A stretch of DNA of 64,000 nt from an uncultured Candidatus Rokubacteria bacterium (GCA_963747235.1 CAVVEU010000024.1:768364-832363); one strand, 5' to 3'; counted from the stretch's first letter, positions 30,574 through 40,878 are shown. Notes: generated from the sequence alone by a model not told the origin. Numbers and translations: made by a program.

Positions 30574-32248
30574 ATGGGCGACGGCGCGCGCGTGGTGGTC
30601 GACTTCCGGACGGACCCGAGCCGGTACAAGCACTGGAAGCTGTCCTTCGACGGCCCGGTGGCGACGCTCGCCATGGACGTCAGGGAGGACGGCGGGCTCG
30701 TGCCCGGCTACGAGCTCAAGCTCAACTCCTACGATCTCGGGGTGGACATCGAGCTCTACGACGCCATCCAGCGGCTGCGCTTCGAGCATCCCGAGATCGG
30801 CGCGGTCGTCCTCACCTCCGGCAAGGAGCGGATCTTCTGCGCGGGCGCCAATATCCGGATGCTGAGCCAGTCCTCGCACGGCTGGAAGGTGAACTTCTGC
30901 AAGTTCACCAACGAGACGCGCAGCGCGATCGAGGACGCCACCACGAGCTCGCGCCAGGTCTGGCTCACCGCGGTGAACGGGCCCTGCGCGGGCGGCGGCT
31001 ACGAGCTGGCGCTGGCCACCGACTGGATCATCATGTCCGACGACGGCTCCACCACGGTGGCGCTACCCGAGGTGCCGCTGCTCGCGGTGCTGCCGGGCAC
31101 CGGCGGCCTCACGCGGCTGGTGGACAAGCGCCGGGTGCGCCGCGACCGCGCCGACTTCTTCTGCACGCTGGAGGAGGGCATCAAGGGCCAGCGCGCGGTG
31201 GAGTGGCGGCTGGTGGACGAGGTGGTGCCGCGCTCGCGCCTGGCCGAGGCCACGAAGGCGCGGGCGGGCGAGCTGGCCGCGCGCACCGACCGCCCCGCGG
31301 GCGCGCGCGGCATCGCGCTCGCGCCGCTCGAGCGCGCGCATCGAGGGCGATCGCATCGCGTACGCCCACGTCGCCTGCGCGATCGACCGCGAGCGGGGCG
31401 TGGCCGAGATCACGGTGGCCGCGCCCGCGACGCCGCCCCCGGCGGACCCGGCGGGCATCCACGCCGCGGGCGGGAGCTTCTGGCCGCTCGCGGTCGCGCG
31501 GGAGCTCGACGACCTGATCCTGCACCTCCGCGCCAACGAGGAGGAGATCGGCCTCTGGGTGCTGCGGACCACCGGCGCCGCGGATCTGGTGGAGGCCCAC
31601 GACCGGGCGCTGGCTGCAGCACGAGGCGGACTGGCTCGTGCGCGAGATCCGGCTCTACCTCAAGCGCACGTTCAAGCGTCTGGACGTCTCGTCGCGCTCC
31701 ATCTTCGCGCTGGTCGAGCCCGGCTCCTGCTTCGCGGGCACGCTGCTCGAGCTGGCGCTGGCCGCCGACCGCACGTTCATGTTCGACGGCGAGCGTCGAG
31801 GGCGACGCGCAAGGCCCCGGCCGCCGTGCGGCTGACCGCAATGAACTTCGGGCCGTATCCCACGGTGAACGGCCTCACCCGCCTGGCGAGCCGCTTCCTG
31901 GACGAGCCCGGGCGCGTGGACGATCTCAAGGGCCGGATCGGCGAGGACCTCGACGCGGCCGCCGCGGCGGAGGCCGGCCTCGTCACCTTCACGCCGGACG
32001 ACATCGACTGGGCGGACGAGGTGCGCATCGCCATCGAGGAGCGCGCCGCGTTCTCGCCGGACGCGCTGACCGGCATGGAGGCCTCGCTGCGCTTCGGCGG
32101 TCCCGAGACACTCGAGAGCAAGATCTTCGCGCGGCTGTCGGCCTGGCAGAACTGGATCTTCCAGCGGCCCAACGCGGTCGGCCCCAAGGGCGCGCTCAAG
32201 GTGTACGGCACCGGTGAGCGGGGCGATTTCGACCGCAGGAGAGTGTGA
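30574..32248 (+). CDS. boxC: 2,3-epoxybenzoyl-CoA dihydrolase (frameshifted)
   Basis: YKHWKL, LKLNSYDLGVDIELYDA, HGWKVNFCKFTNETR, SPDALTGMEASLRF, WQNWIFQRPNAVG. Confidence 0.93.
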
Positions 32249-33667
32249 TGGCGGGCATCGACTACAGCGAGCGGATCCCCAACAACGTGAGCCTCACGGA
32301 GGACCGCCGGCTGCTGCGGGCGCTGGAGGACTGGCAGCCGAAGTTCCTCGAGTGGTGGCACGACATGGGGCCGGAGGGCTTCCAGTCCAAGGACGTCTAC
32401 CTGCGCACCGCGGTGAGCGTGGACGCCAAGGGCTGGGCCCAGTTCGGCTACGTGAAGATGCCCGAGTACCGCTGGGGCATCTTCCTCGCCGAGCCGGAGG
32501 CCGACCGCCGGGTCAACTTCGGCGACCACCAGGGCCAGCCCGCGTGGCAGGACGTGCCGGGCGAGTATCGCGGCGACGCTCCGTCGCCTCATCGTCACCC
32601 AGGGCGATACCGAGCCCGCGTCGGTGGAGCAGCAGCGGCACCTGGGCCGGACCTGCCCGTCGCTCTACGACCTGCGCAACCTCTTCCAGGTCAACGTGGA
32701 GGAGGGGCGGCACCTCTGGGCGATGGTCTACCTGCTCGACGCCCACTTCGGCCGCGACGGGCGCGAGGAGTCGGAGGCGCTGCTGCAGCGGCGCTCGGGC
32801 GACCACGACAAGCCGCGGATCCTGGGGGCGTTCAACGAGAAGACCCCGGACTGGCTCTCGTTCTTCATGTTCTGCTTCTTCACGGATCGCGACGGCAAGT
32901 ACCAGCTCGCCAGCCTCGCGGAGAGCGGCTTCGACCCGCTCTCGCGCACCTGCCGCTTCATGCTCACGGAGGAAGCGCACCACATGTTCGTGGGCGAGGC
33001 CGGGGTGGGGCGCATCGTGCAGCGGGCCTGCGAGCTCATGCGCGAGCACCGGACCGACGACGTGCGGAAGCACGGCGGGATCGACCTGCCCACCCTGCAG
33101 AAGTACATCAACTTCCACTGCTCGGTCTCGCTCGACCTCTTCGGCTCCGAGGTCTCGACCAACGCGGCCAACTTCTACACCGCGGGGCTCAAGGGGCGCT
33201 TCGAGGAGACCAAGAAGGCCGACGATCATCGCCTGAAGGGCGGGACCTACCCGGTGATCGGGCTCGACGGCGAGAAGATCGTCACCCGCCAGGAGGGCGC
33301 GCTGGTCTCGCTCAACGAGCGGCTGCGCGACGACTACGTCGCCGACTGCCAGCGCGGGGTGACCCGCTGGAACGAGATCATCAAGAATCACGGGGTGGAC
33401 TTCACCCTCACGCTGCCGCACCGCGCCTTCCGCCGGGCCATCGGGGCCTTCGCGGAAGTGCGGGTGTCGCCCGACGGCCGCGTCATCAGCCAGGCCGAGT
33501 GGGACGCGCGGCATCGCGACTGGCTGCCGACGGATGAGGACGCGGCCTACGTGGGCAGCCTGATGAAGCCGGTGACCGAGCGCGGCAAGATGGCCGACTG
33601 GATCGCGCCGCCCGCGCGCGGCATCAACAGCCAGGCCGAGGATTTCGAATACGTCCGGTTGAGCTGA
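32248..33667 (+). CDS. boxB: Benzoyl-CoA 2,3-epoxidase diiron subunit (frameshift near 32575)
   Basis: ERIPNNVSL, YLRTAVSVD, QGDTEPASVEQQRHLG, EEGRH, EEAHH, LNERLRDDY. Confidence 0.95.
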
Positions 33668-33680
33668 CGGAGGAGGTGCC

Positions 33681-34185
33681 ATGCCCCCCACCATACCCAC
33701 GGTCGTCACACCGAAGCGCTTCGGTCCCCCTCTCGGGATGTACTCGCACGGCATGGTCGCCCCGGGCGGCGAGATCGTCGTGGTCGCGGGGCAGGTCGGG
33801 ATGGACGAGCGGCGCGCGGTCGCGGTCGGGGACGTCGGCGCGCAGACGAAGCAGGCCCTGGAGAACGTGCGCGCCATCGTCGAGGCCGCGGGCTGCACGA
33901 TGGGCCACATCGTGCGCCTGCAGACCTTCCTGACCCACGCGGAGGACATTCCCCGCTTCATGGCGGCCCGCGGCGAGGTCTTCCCGAAGTACTTCCCGAA
34001 CGGCGCCTACCCGCCCAATACGCTCCTCGTGGTCAGCCGCCTCGTGCAGCCCGAGCTGCTGGTCGAGATCGAGGCCATGGCGGTCAAGCCCGCGCGCGGC
34101 CGCCGTCGCGAAGCGGCCCGCGGCTCGGCCCAAGGCCGCCAAGCCCAAGGCCGCCGCCAAGAAGGCCTCGCGGAAGCGCCGATGA
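33681..34185 (+). CDS. RidA/YjgF family protein with Lys/Ala/Arg-rich tail (frameshift near 34100)
   Basis: GMYSHG, AGQVG, YPPNTLLVVSRLVQPELLVEIEA; tail KAAKPKAAAKKASRKRR ends at the ATGA overlap. Confidence 0.82.
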
Positions 34186-35725
34186 TCGAGGTGCCCGCGC
34201 GCTTCAACGCGGCGACCTTCTTCGTGGACCGGCACGTGGCGGAAGGCCGCGGCGCCAAGGTGGCCTTCTTCCACGACGAGGGCTCGATCACCTACGCGGG
34301 GCTGCAGGAGCTGGTCAACCGCACCGGCAACGCGCTGCTCGATCTGGGCGTGCGCCCGGAGCAGCGGGTGCTGTGCCTGCTGCTCGACTCGCCCGAGTTC
34401 CTGGGCGCGTTCTGGGGCGCCATCAAGATCGGCGCCGTCCCGATCCCCGCGAACACGATGATGCGGGCCGACGACTACCTGTACTTCCTCGACGACAGCC
34501 GCGCGCCGGTCGCGATCGTCTCGGAGGCGCTGCTGGCGGAGGCGGGGCCGGCGCTCGCGAAGGCGCGCTATCTCCGGCACGTGATCGTCGCGGGGCGCGC
34601 GTCCGGGACCCAGATCGCCTTCGAGAGCTGGGTGGCCAAGGCGTCGCGCGCGGCTCGAGCCCTTCGACAGCTCGAAGGACGATGCCGCCTTCTGGCTCTA
34701 CTCCTCGGGCTCCACGGGCCGGCCGAAGGGCGCGGTGCATCTCCAGCACGACATGGTGGTGTGCTCGGACACCTACGCGCTCCAGGTGCTCGGCATGACC
34801 GAGGCCGACCGCACCGTCTCGGCCGCGAAGCTCTTCTTCGCCTACGGCCTCGGCAACAACGGGTACTTCCCGCTGCGCGTGGGCGGCCAGGGCGTGCTCT
34901 ACCCGCACCGCCCGACGCCCGACGCGATGTTCGAGCTGATCCAGCGGCACCGCCCGACGCTCTTCTTCGGCGTGCCCACGCTCTACGCCGCGATGCTGCA
35001 GGTGAAGGAAGCGGAGAAGCGCTACGACCTCTCGTGCCTCCGCTTCTGCGTCTCCGCGGGCGAGGCGCTGCCCGAGGAGCTCTACCGGCGCTGGCGGGAG
35101 CGCTTCGGCGTGGAGATCCTGGACGGGATCGGCACCACCGAGATCCTGCACATCTTCCTGTCGAACCGCCCCGGTCGCGCGCGGCCCGGGTCCACCGGCT
35201 TGGCGGTGCCGGGGTACGAGGCGATCGTCGTGGACGACGAGGGCCGCCCGATGCCCGCCGGGGAGATCGGCAACCTCCGGGTCAAGGGCGACTCGATCAT
35301 GGCCTACTACTGGAACCAGCACGAGAAGACGAAGGACGCGCTGATCGGCCACTGGATGCAGACCGGGGACAAGTACTACCAGGACCCGGACGGCTACTTC
35401 TGGTACTGCGGCCGCGCCGACGACATGCTCAAGGTCGGCGGCATCTGGGTGTCGCCGGTCGAGGTGGAGAACACCCTGATGGGCCATCCCGCCGTCCTGG
35501 AGACCGCGGTGGTGGGCCACGCGGACACGCGACGAGCTGATCAAGCCGAAGGCCTTCGTGGTGCTGAAGGACGGGCACGCGGCCTCCGCGGCCCTCGAGG
35601 CCGAGCTCAAGGCCTTCGTGAAGGACAAGATCGCGCCCTACAAGTATCCGCGGTGGATCGAGTTCGTGCCGGAGCTGCCCAAGACCGCGACGGGCAAGAT
35701 CCAGCGCTTCAAGCTGCGGCAGTGA
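34182..35725 (+). CDS. Benzoate-CoA ligase family protein (two frameshifts)
   Basis: FWLYSSGSTGRPKG, SAAKLFFAYGLGN, CVSAGEALP, LDGIGTTEILHIF, PKTATGKIQRFKLR. Confidence 0.92.
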
Positions 35726-35761
35726 GCCTGTGCTAGCATTCGACCGGAAGGAGACCCGGGC

Positions 35762-36307
35762 ATGCGTGAGCTCCTGATCGCGTCCGTGATCGTCGGTCTT
35801 CTCCTGCTGGCCGGTCCCGCGTCCGTGATGGCGCAGCAGAGCGCCCCGAGCGCGGAGCTCAAGCGGGTCGTCGGGCGCGTGGAGCTGCTCTCCAAGGGCC
35901 AGACCCAGTGGATCCCCGCGGTGGTCGGCGCGCGACTGGCCGAGGGCGATGACATCCGCTGCTACGCGGGCGCCGCGGCCGAGCTGGCGCTGCCCGACAC
36001 GAGCACGGTGGTGCTCTCCGAGAACAGCCGGCTCCTGTTGACGAAGATGGAGTACGACCCGCAGAGCCAGAGCCGGCTCGTGCTCCTCCACCTGGTCGTC
36101 GGGAAGGTGAAGGCGACGGTCGCCCAGGCCGCCGTCACCCTGGCCCGGGTCCGCCAGTCGAACTTCGCCATCTCCACGCCGACCGCGGTGGCGGCGGCGC
36201 GGGGAACCATCCTCTGGGTCTTCACGGACGGCCAGAAGAGCATGATGGCGGTGGAGCCCGAGTTCGGCTTCACCGAGGGCAGCTCCCAGGGCGTCTGGAG
36301 ACAATAG
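35762..36307 (+). CDS. Secreted FecR-domain protein
   Basis: Signal peptide; L.EGDDIR..A.AAAELALPD.STVVLSENSRL; F.ISTPTAVAAARGT. Confidence 0.8.
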   Translation: MRELLIASVIVGLLLLAGPASVMAQQSAPSAELKRVVGRVELLSKGQTQWIPAVVGARLAEGDDIRCYAGAAAELALPDTSTVVLSENSRLLLTKMEYDPQSQSRLVLLHLVVGKVKATVAQAAVTLARVRQSNFAISTPTAVAAARGTILWVFTDGQKSMMAVEPEFGFTEGSSQGVWRQ

Positions 36308-36309
36308 CG

Positions 36310-36946
36310 GTGCGGCCCGCGCTGGCCGTCGTGCTCCTGGCAGTCCTCGGCGGCTGCGCCACCGCCCCCGCGCCGCCCGCCCGGCCGTCGACCCTGTCCG
36401 AGCTGCTCCTGGCCCTGGACGCCTCCGAGAAGATGGGTGGGGACCCGCGCTGCCGGAGTCGCACCGTGAGCACGACGGAGGTGCTCGTACCCGTCGAGCT
36501 CGCCGCCCAGGGCGTCTCCGGCCGCTGGACCGAGCGCTGGACGGTGGATCGCTGCGGCGTGGCGGTGCCCTATGTGGTGAAGTTCGACCGGGCCCGGGAC
36601 GGAGACCTCGACGTGAGCATGCAACGCGAGGTGTCCGACGCGGAGGCCCCGACGGTTCCCGGCGGCACCATCGCGGACCGCGTCCTCCAGCGCGATGCGC
36701 TCGCATTTCTCGCCCAGCGGGATCTGTGGGAAGCCGGCCCGGAGGCGCGCTGCCGGACCCGGAAGATCGTCGCGACGGAGGTGCTGGTGCCCGTGGACGG
36801 CGGGGAGGTCGAGGCAGGCTCGGCCCATCGCGGGCCGGTGGATGGAGCGCTGGACCCTCGATCGGTGCGGCGCGCCGGTCGACTACGTGATTCGCTTCAA
36901 TACCACCCGGAAGGGCACCACGTTCCTGGCCGACCCGCAGCGCTGA
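36310..36946 (+). CDS. Lipoprotein with two internal repeats (frameshift near 36820)
   Basis: Lipobox LGGC; repeat CR.R....TEVLVPV...GRW.ERWT.DRCG..V.YV..F occurs twice. Confidence 0.72.
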
Positions 36947-36952
36947 GGGAGG

Positions 36953-37936
36953 CTACCGGCGAGACCTCGAGACCGGAAGCTCGTTCCGGTCGAACGTCAG
37001 CGTGTCGATCTCGCGCCCCTGGGCGTCGTACTGCCACCGGATGATGGCCACGCCCTGGCGCCGGTCGGCCTTCAGGCGCTGATCGGTGCCCAGGTAGCGC
37101 TCCTCGAGCGTGTTCCGGTTGTTGTCGTACTGCCAGCGGACGATCGCCACGCCTCGGTTCCGGTCCTCTCGCAGCTGCCCGTCCGGCCCGAGGTAGCTCT
37201 CTTCGACCGTCTTGCCGTTCGAGCCATACCGCCACTGGACCGCCGCCACTCCCCGCAGCCAATCCACCGTGGGGCGGCCATCCGCGCCGAAGTAGCTCTC
37301 GGCGACGGTGTTGCCGTCCCGGTCATACTCCCAGCGCACGATGGCCACGCCCAGCCGCCGGTCCGCCTTGAGCTGCCCGTTCGCGCCGAAGTGCTGCACC
37401 TCGATGGCCTGCCCGTGCGCATCGTACTTCCAGCGGAACATGGCCAGGCCCGAATCGTTCGCCTCCTTGAGACGATCGCCGGGCCCGAGGTTCCGCCATT
37501 CGACCGGCGCGCCCTGGCCATCGTACCGGAGGAGGACGGCGGAGAGCCCCATGTGGTTGGCGACGGGCTTGCCGGCGGCGTCGAGGAAGACCCGCTTCTC
37601 GGCCCCGTCCACATGCTCGAGATGGATGGTGGCGACGCCCGACGTCGGGTCCGGCGTCAGCGCCCCGCTTCGGCGGTAGTCCACGCGCACGAGCCGGCTA
37701 TTCTGGTAAGCGAAGTGATAGCAGTTGCCATTCGACAGCGTCGCTCCCGATTCGCGCGAGGTACCCTGGATCGCGTACCGGGAATCCAGAAAGATGTAGG
37801 GGTAGCAGTCGGCCTGGGTCGCGGCGGTCGTCGCGCATCCCGGAAGGACCGCCGCCGCCAGCCCGAGGGCCGTGAGCAGACCGCGGTAACCGTGTTGGCG
37901 TTGCACTCGCTGGCTCCGTTGGCGCCTATGATACAC
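36953..37936 (-). CDS. Lipoprotein with YD/RHS-like beta-hairpin repeats
   Basis: Lipobox LPGC; repeats GVAIVRW.YD..GNT.EE.Y.G.DG.L..DR; start uncertain. Confidence 0.78.
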   Translation of the reverse strand: MYHRRQRSQRVQRQHGYRGLLTALGLAAAVLPGCATTAATQADCYPYIFLDSRYAIQGTSRESGATLSNGNCYHFAYQNSRLVRVDYRRSGALTPDPTSGVATIHLEHVDGAEKRVFLDAAGKPVANHMGLSAVLLRYDGQGAPVEWRNLGPGDRLKEANDSGLAMFRWKYDAHGQAIEVQHFGANGQLKADRRLGVAIVRWEYDRDGNTVAESYFGADGRPTVDWLRGVAAVQWRYGSNGKTVEESYLGPDGQLREDRNRGVAIVRWQYDNNRNTLEERYLGTDQRLKADRRQGVAIIRWQYDAQGREIDTLTFDRNELPVSRSRR

Positions 37937-37970
37937 GGCGCCGGGTAGCGGGCCCTAGAGGTTGAGCCAG

Positions 37971-38237
37971 CTACGGAACGGCGGTGCGGGCCAGCTCGAC
38001 GATCAGGACGGGAAGCCCGGGCACCGCGCCGGCGCTGACGACGTGGCCGCCGGCCAGGCCCTGGCCGCGCCGGTCGCCGCGCCGGCGCTCCGGATCGTAC
38101 GAGGTCTCGCTCCGGCGTCGCTCGGCATGTCGTCGGTCGACCAGCACCTCGACGTCCGGGTTGGCGGCAAACTGCTGCCGGAGATCTTCATAGAGGTGGT
38201 CGTCGCCCCGCGCCACGATGAACAGCCGGTGCGCCAT
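37971..38237 (-). CDS. Small Arg-rich protein with DRR..ERR motifs
   Basis: MAHRLFIVARGDDHLYEDLRQQFAANPDVEVLVDRRHAERRR...ERRRGDRR. Confidence 0.7.
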   Translation of the reverse strand: MAHRLFIVARGDDHLYEDLRQQFAANPDVEVLVDRRHAERRRSETSYDPERRRGDRRGQGLAGGHVVSAGAVPGLPVLIVELARTAVP

Positions 38238-38302
38238 GCCCTGGGCCCCCCTCGGTCCGCGGTGGTCGCGCTCGAGCGGTCGGAAGGTCGGAAAGTTGAG
38301 GC

Positions 38303-38332
38303 ACTTTAGGCGGCGGCGCGGCCTCTTGTCAA
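38303..38332 (-). promoter_or_regulatory. Sigma70-type promoter
   Basis: Minus strand TTGACA-N18-TAAAGT upstream of the ORF starting at 38237. Confidence 0.55.
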
Positions 38333-38343
38333 GCGCGACGGCT

Positions 38344-38688
38344 CTAGCGGTGGAACGCGCCTTCGGTCCGGTGGCGCTCCTCGTGGGCCACGCACGCGAC
38401 ATCCTCATCCGAGCACACGATGATGTGGCGCACGGTGTGGCAGCCGGCGACGCGGCCCGGCTGGATGGTGCGCCCTTCGTCGGCGGCCCACCGGCCCTCG
38501 GCGCGCGCGACGTCCCCGCCCAGCGAGGCACACAGGTTCCGGCCCACGTTCCCGCTGCGGGCCATGACGTAGAGCGTGTCGCCCCTGGCGTGGAGGCGCA
38601 CGTCCTCGCCGGAGAAGCCGGCGGAGGTGCAGCCGGTGGCGGCGAGGAGGAGGGTGCAGCCGAGGGCGGTCGTACGCAGGGACATCAT
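38344..38688 (-). CDS. Small lipoprotein with HExxH motif, downstream of riboswitch
   Basis: Lipobox ATGC; CVAHEERHRTEGAFH; AAGGAG RBS. Confidence 0.75.
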   Translation of the reverse strand: MMSLRTTALGCTLLLAATGCTSAGFSGEDVRLHARGDTLYVMARSGNVGRNLCASLGGDVARAEGRWAADEGRTIQPGRVAGCHTVRHIIVCSDEDVACVAHEERHRTEGAFHR

Positions 38689-38725
38689 GAGAGGTCTCCT
38701 TCTGCGGGAGACCTCCTCAACCCTT

Positions 38726-38810
38726 CCTTCGGTAACCCGGCTGTCAGGCGTCTACGGCCTGATCCGTGGCTTTGCGTCCCCACCTCACAGTGGGTTTGCC
38801 CTTGTCGGGA
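38726..38810 (-). ncRNA. c-di-GMP-I (GEMM) riboswitch
   Basis: Minus strand AAGGGCAAACCCACTGTGAGGTGGGGACGCAAAGCCACGGATC...GACAGCCGGGTTACCGAA matches the GEMM-I consensus, with a GNRA (GUGA) loop in P2. Confidence 0.92.
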
Positions 38811-38840
38811 AGGTCTGCCGCTCTTGTAGACTTACAGGGG

Positions 38841-38855
38841 GCAACCCTTGTGCCA
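38841..38855 (-). promoter_or_regulatory. Sigma54 promoter of the riboswitch transcript
   Basis: Minus strand TGGCAC-AAGGG-TTGC. Confidence 0.8.
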
Positions 38856-38919
38856 GGTAGACCGGTCACCCCGGAGCGGGGAGTGCGCCGCGAAATCAGC
38901 CAGTTAGGGGCCTTCAGCG

Positions 38920-39285
38920 ATGGGAAACAAGAGCCGCGGCGGTCCGGTTGTCCACCGGTTGACACCGGGACTGCCCAAAACCGGCCCGTGGAGAGGGCTG
39001 GCGATCCGGATCGCCGCCGCCGGCGCCCTCGGCCTTGCCCTCTCCGGGTGCGCCGGCCTCTCCTGCCAGCCAACGTCGATCACGGTGGCGAAGAAGGAAG
39101 AGCGCGGACGCCTCGAGACGGTTCCACGCGGCTACACGACCGAGACGGGCCGGCTCGAAGAGCGCCGCCGGCCCGAGATCGTGCGCGACTACTGGGTGCA
39201 GGACGCGGCGGGCACCTGGCACCGGGTCTCCCTCGAGCAGTACCGCGCGGCCGAGGTTGGCCGGCCCCTGGAGCTCTGCCGGTAG
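38920..39285 (+). CDS. Hypothetical lipoprotein
   Basis: ALGLALSGC lipobox; start probably downstream of 38920. Confidence 0.6.
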   Translation: MGNKSRGGPVVHRLTPGLPKTGPWRGLAIRIAAAGALGLALSGCAGLSCQPTSITVAKKEERGRLETVPRGYTTETGRLEERRRPEIVRDYWVQDAAGTWHRVSLEQYRAAEVGRPLELCR

Positions 39286-39631
39286 AGGCGGTCTCTATGC
39301 TCGTGTGCGCGGCCTCTGACGAAGACGAGCCACCCGCCGACGGAGCCGACGTGCCGCTACCCGCGCCATCGCCCGTCGCGCCGCCTGGACCACCCGATCT
39401 AGCACGCTGGACACACCGCAGGCATCGTGCCAGGCACCGAGTGAGCCACGAAGCGGTGGGCCCGCGCGAACTTAGCAGCCGCGCGCCCTGCTGGTGCTCG
39501 TCATCTGCAAGTTTTTCAGGTGCGGGCCGTACCCGAACTAGCGACGCCATGGTCACACCTCGGTAGTTGCCCCCCGGCGCAGAAGCGCTTCACCGCGCGC
39601 AAGCCCGCGAGAAAGTTACGCAGCCCCCCAC

Positions 39632-39647
39632 TGGAACGCGGCTTGCT
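39632..39647 (+). promoter_or_regulatory. Sigma54 promoter
   Basis: TGGAAC-GCGGC-TTGCT; predicted +1 near 39658. Confidence 0.68.
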
Positions 39648-39660
39648 GTGTTTGGACGTC

Positions 39661-39807
39661 ATGGACATCGCGCAGCTGGCCCTCATGGTTGGTCCACTGC
39701 TCGGGGCCGCCGCCGGGTATCTGGTGGACGGCATCACCGGCGCGACGGCGGGCTTCGTGATCCCGACGGGGCCGCTGGTTGTGGCATGGCTCTTCGGGGG
39801 ACGCTGA
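39661..39807 (+). CDS. Small membrane protein (48 aa)
   Basis: MDIAQLALMVGPLLGAAAGYLVDGITGATAGFVIPTGPLVVAWLFGGR directly after the sigma54 motif. Confidence 0.55.
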   Translation: MDIAQLALMVGPLLGAAAGYLVDGITGATAGFVIPTGPLVVAWLFGGR

Positions 39808-39862
39808 CGATGCGCTCCGACTGTCGGGAGCGCGGCATCGCCCGTCTGAGCCGAGCGCCTCG

Positions 39863-40346
39863 ATGACCACGGGCTTCTGGACCGAGCCGGCCGCGCTGGT
39901 TCTGCTCGGAGGCCTCCTCTTGGTCGCCGGGGTTCTCTGGGCGCGGTGCGGGCGGGGTGGCCACGTGCGGCGCCGCCGGCGTACCCGTTGACCCTGGAAC
40001 AGACGAACAGCTCGCCATCAATTCCGTGATCTGGGTATGGGGGCTCGCGGGTGGCCTCCTACTCGGCACTGTGCTCGGCGTCGTGTTGGCCAGGCGGCAG
40101 TACCGTCGGCGCGAGCAACGAGACCCCGGCGGCAGCGTGACCGACTGGGGCCAGAGCCGCGCGCTCGTCTACGCGCTGCGCAGGGAGATCAAGCGGCTGG
40201 GCCAAGCGAATGAGCGACTGCAGGTCGACCGAACGGAGTTGCTCGCGATCTTGACCCGCGTCGCTGACTTCCTGGAGCGACAGGCAAGACGCCGTCCAGT
40301 GCAGTCCATCCAGCCGCATGACCCGGACGGGCCACCACGCCCGTGA
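39863..40346 (+). CDS. Hypothetical membrane protein with coiled coil (probable frameshift near 39960)
   Basis: Two hydrophobic segments, then LRREIKRLGQANERLQVDRTELL. Confidence 0.5.
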
Positions 40347-40449
40347 GCGCCGCGGGCGCGTGGAGCCGGTGGGGCTTGTCCGGACGTCCCTCTCCCCGCA
40401 TACTTGGGCGCCACTCTTGAGCGCTCCAGATCATCGCGGGAGGAGATGA

Positions 40450-40875
40450 ATGACGGGATCGCCCGCTCCGCACGGCCGCGCGCGGCTCGTGGCCCTCACC
40501 CCCGAGTCCAGGATTGCCCTCGGTGCGCCGGAGCGAGAGATCACCCTCCCGTATCGGGTCGGCCGCGAGTCTCGCGGGACGCAGCGAACAGCCGACGGAG
40601 TCATCGGTGAGCGCCGCAGTCCCGGATCCCGGCCCAGCAACGACCTGTACCTGGTCGAGCCCGAGGAGCCGCTGAATGTGAGTCGCGCGCACTTCGAGAT
40701 CGACCGCGGAGAGGCCGGGGTCATCCTCGTGGATCGCGCGAGCACCTGCGGCACGATCGTCGAAGGCCAGACCGTGGGCGGCGATACCCGCGGCGGCACC
40801 CTCTCCCTGCACGACGGGGACGTGATCATCGTCGGCACCTCGCGCAGCCCGTACGTCTTCAAGTTCCGGATGTGA
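40450..40875 (+). CDS. Stand-alone FHA domain protein
   Basis: RVGR, VSRAHFEI, DRASTCGT.VEG, LHDGDVIIVG; GGAGGAG RBS. Confidence 0.88.
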   Translation: MTGSPAPHGRARLVALTPESRIALGAPEREITLPYRVGRESRGTQRTADGVIGERRSPGSRPSNDLYLVEPEEPLNVSRAHFEIDRGEAGVILVDRASTCGTIVEGQTVGGDTRGGTLSLHDGDVIIVGTSRSPYVFKFRM

Positions 40876-40878
40876 CGC

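Noticed and set aside
33681-35540. Rid-ligase fusion ORF of 619 aa
   Set aside because: An indel near 34100 explains it; ATGA overlap at 34182-34185
36953-37936. RHS polymorphic toxin
   Set aside because: Too short, and lacks the DPxG core end, a toxin domain and an immunity gene
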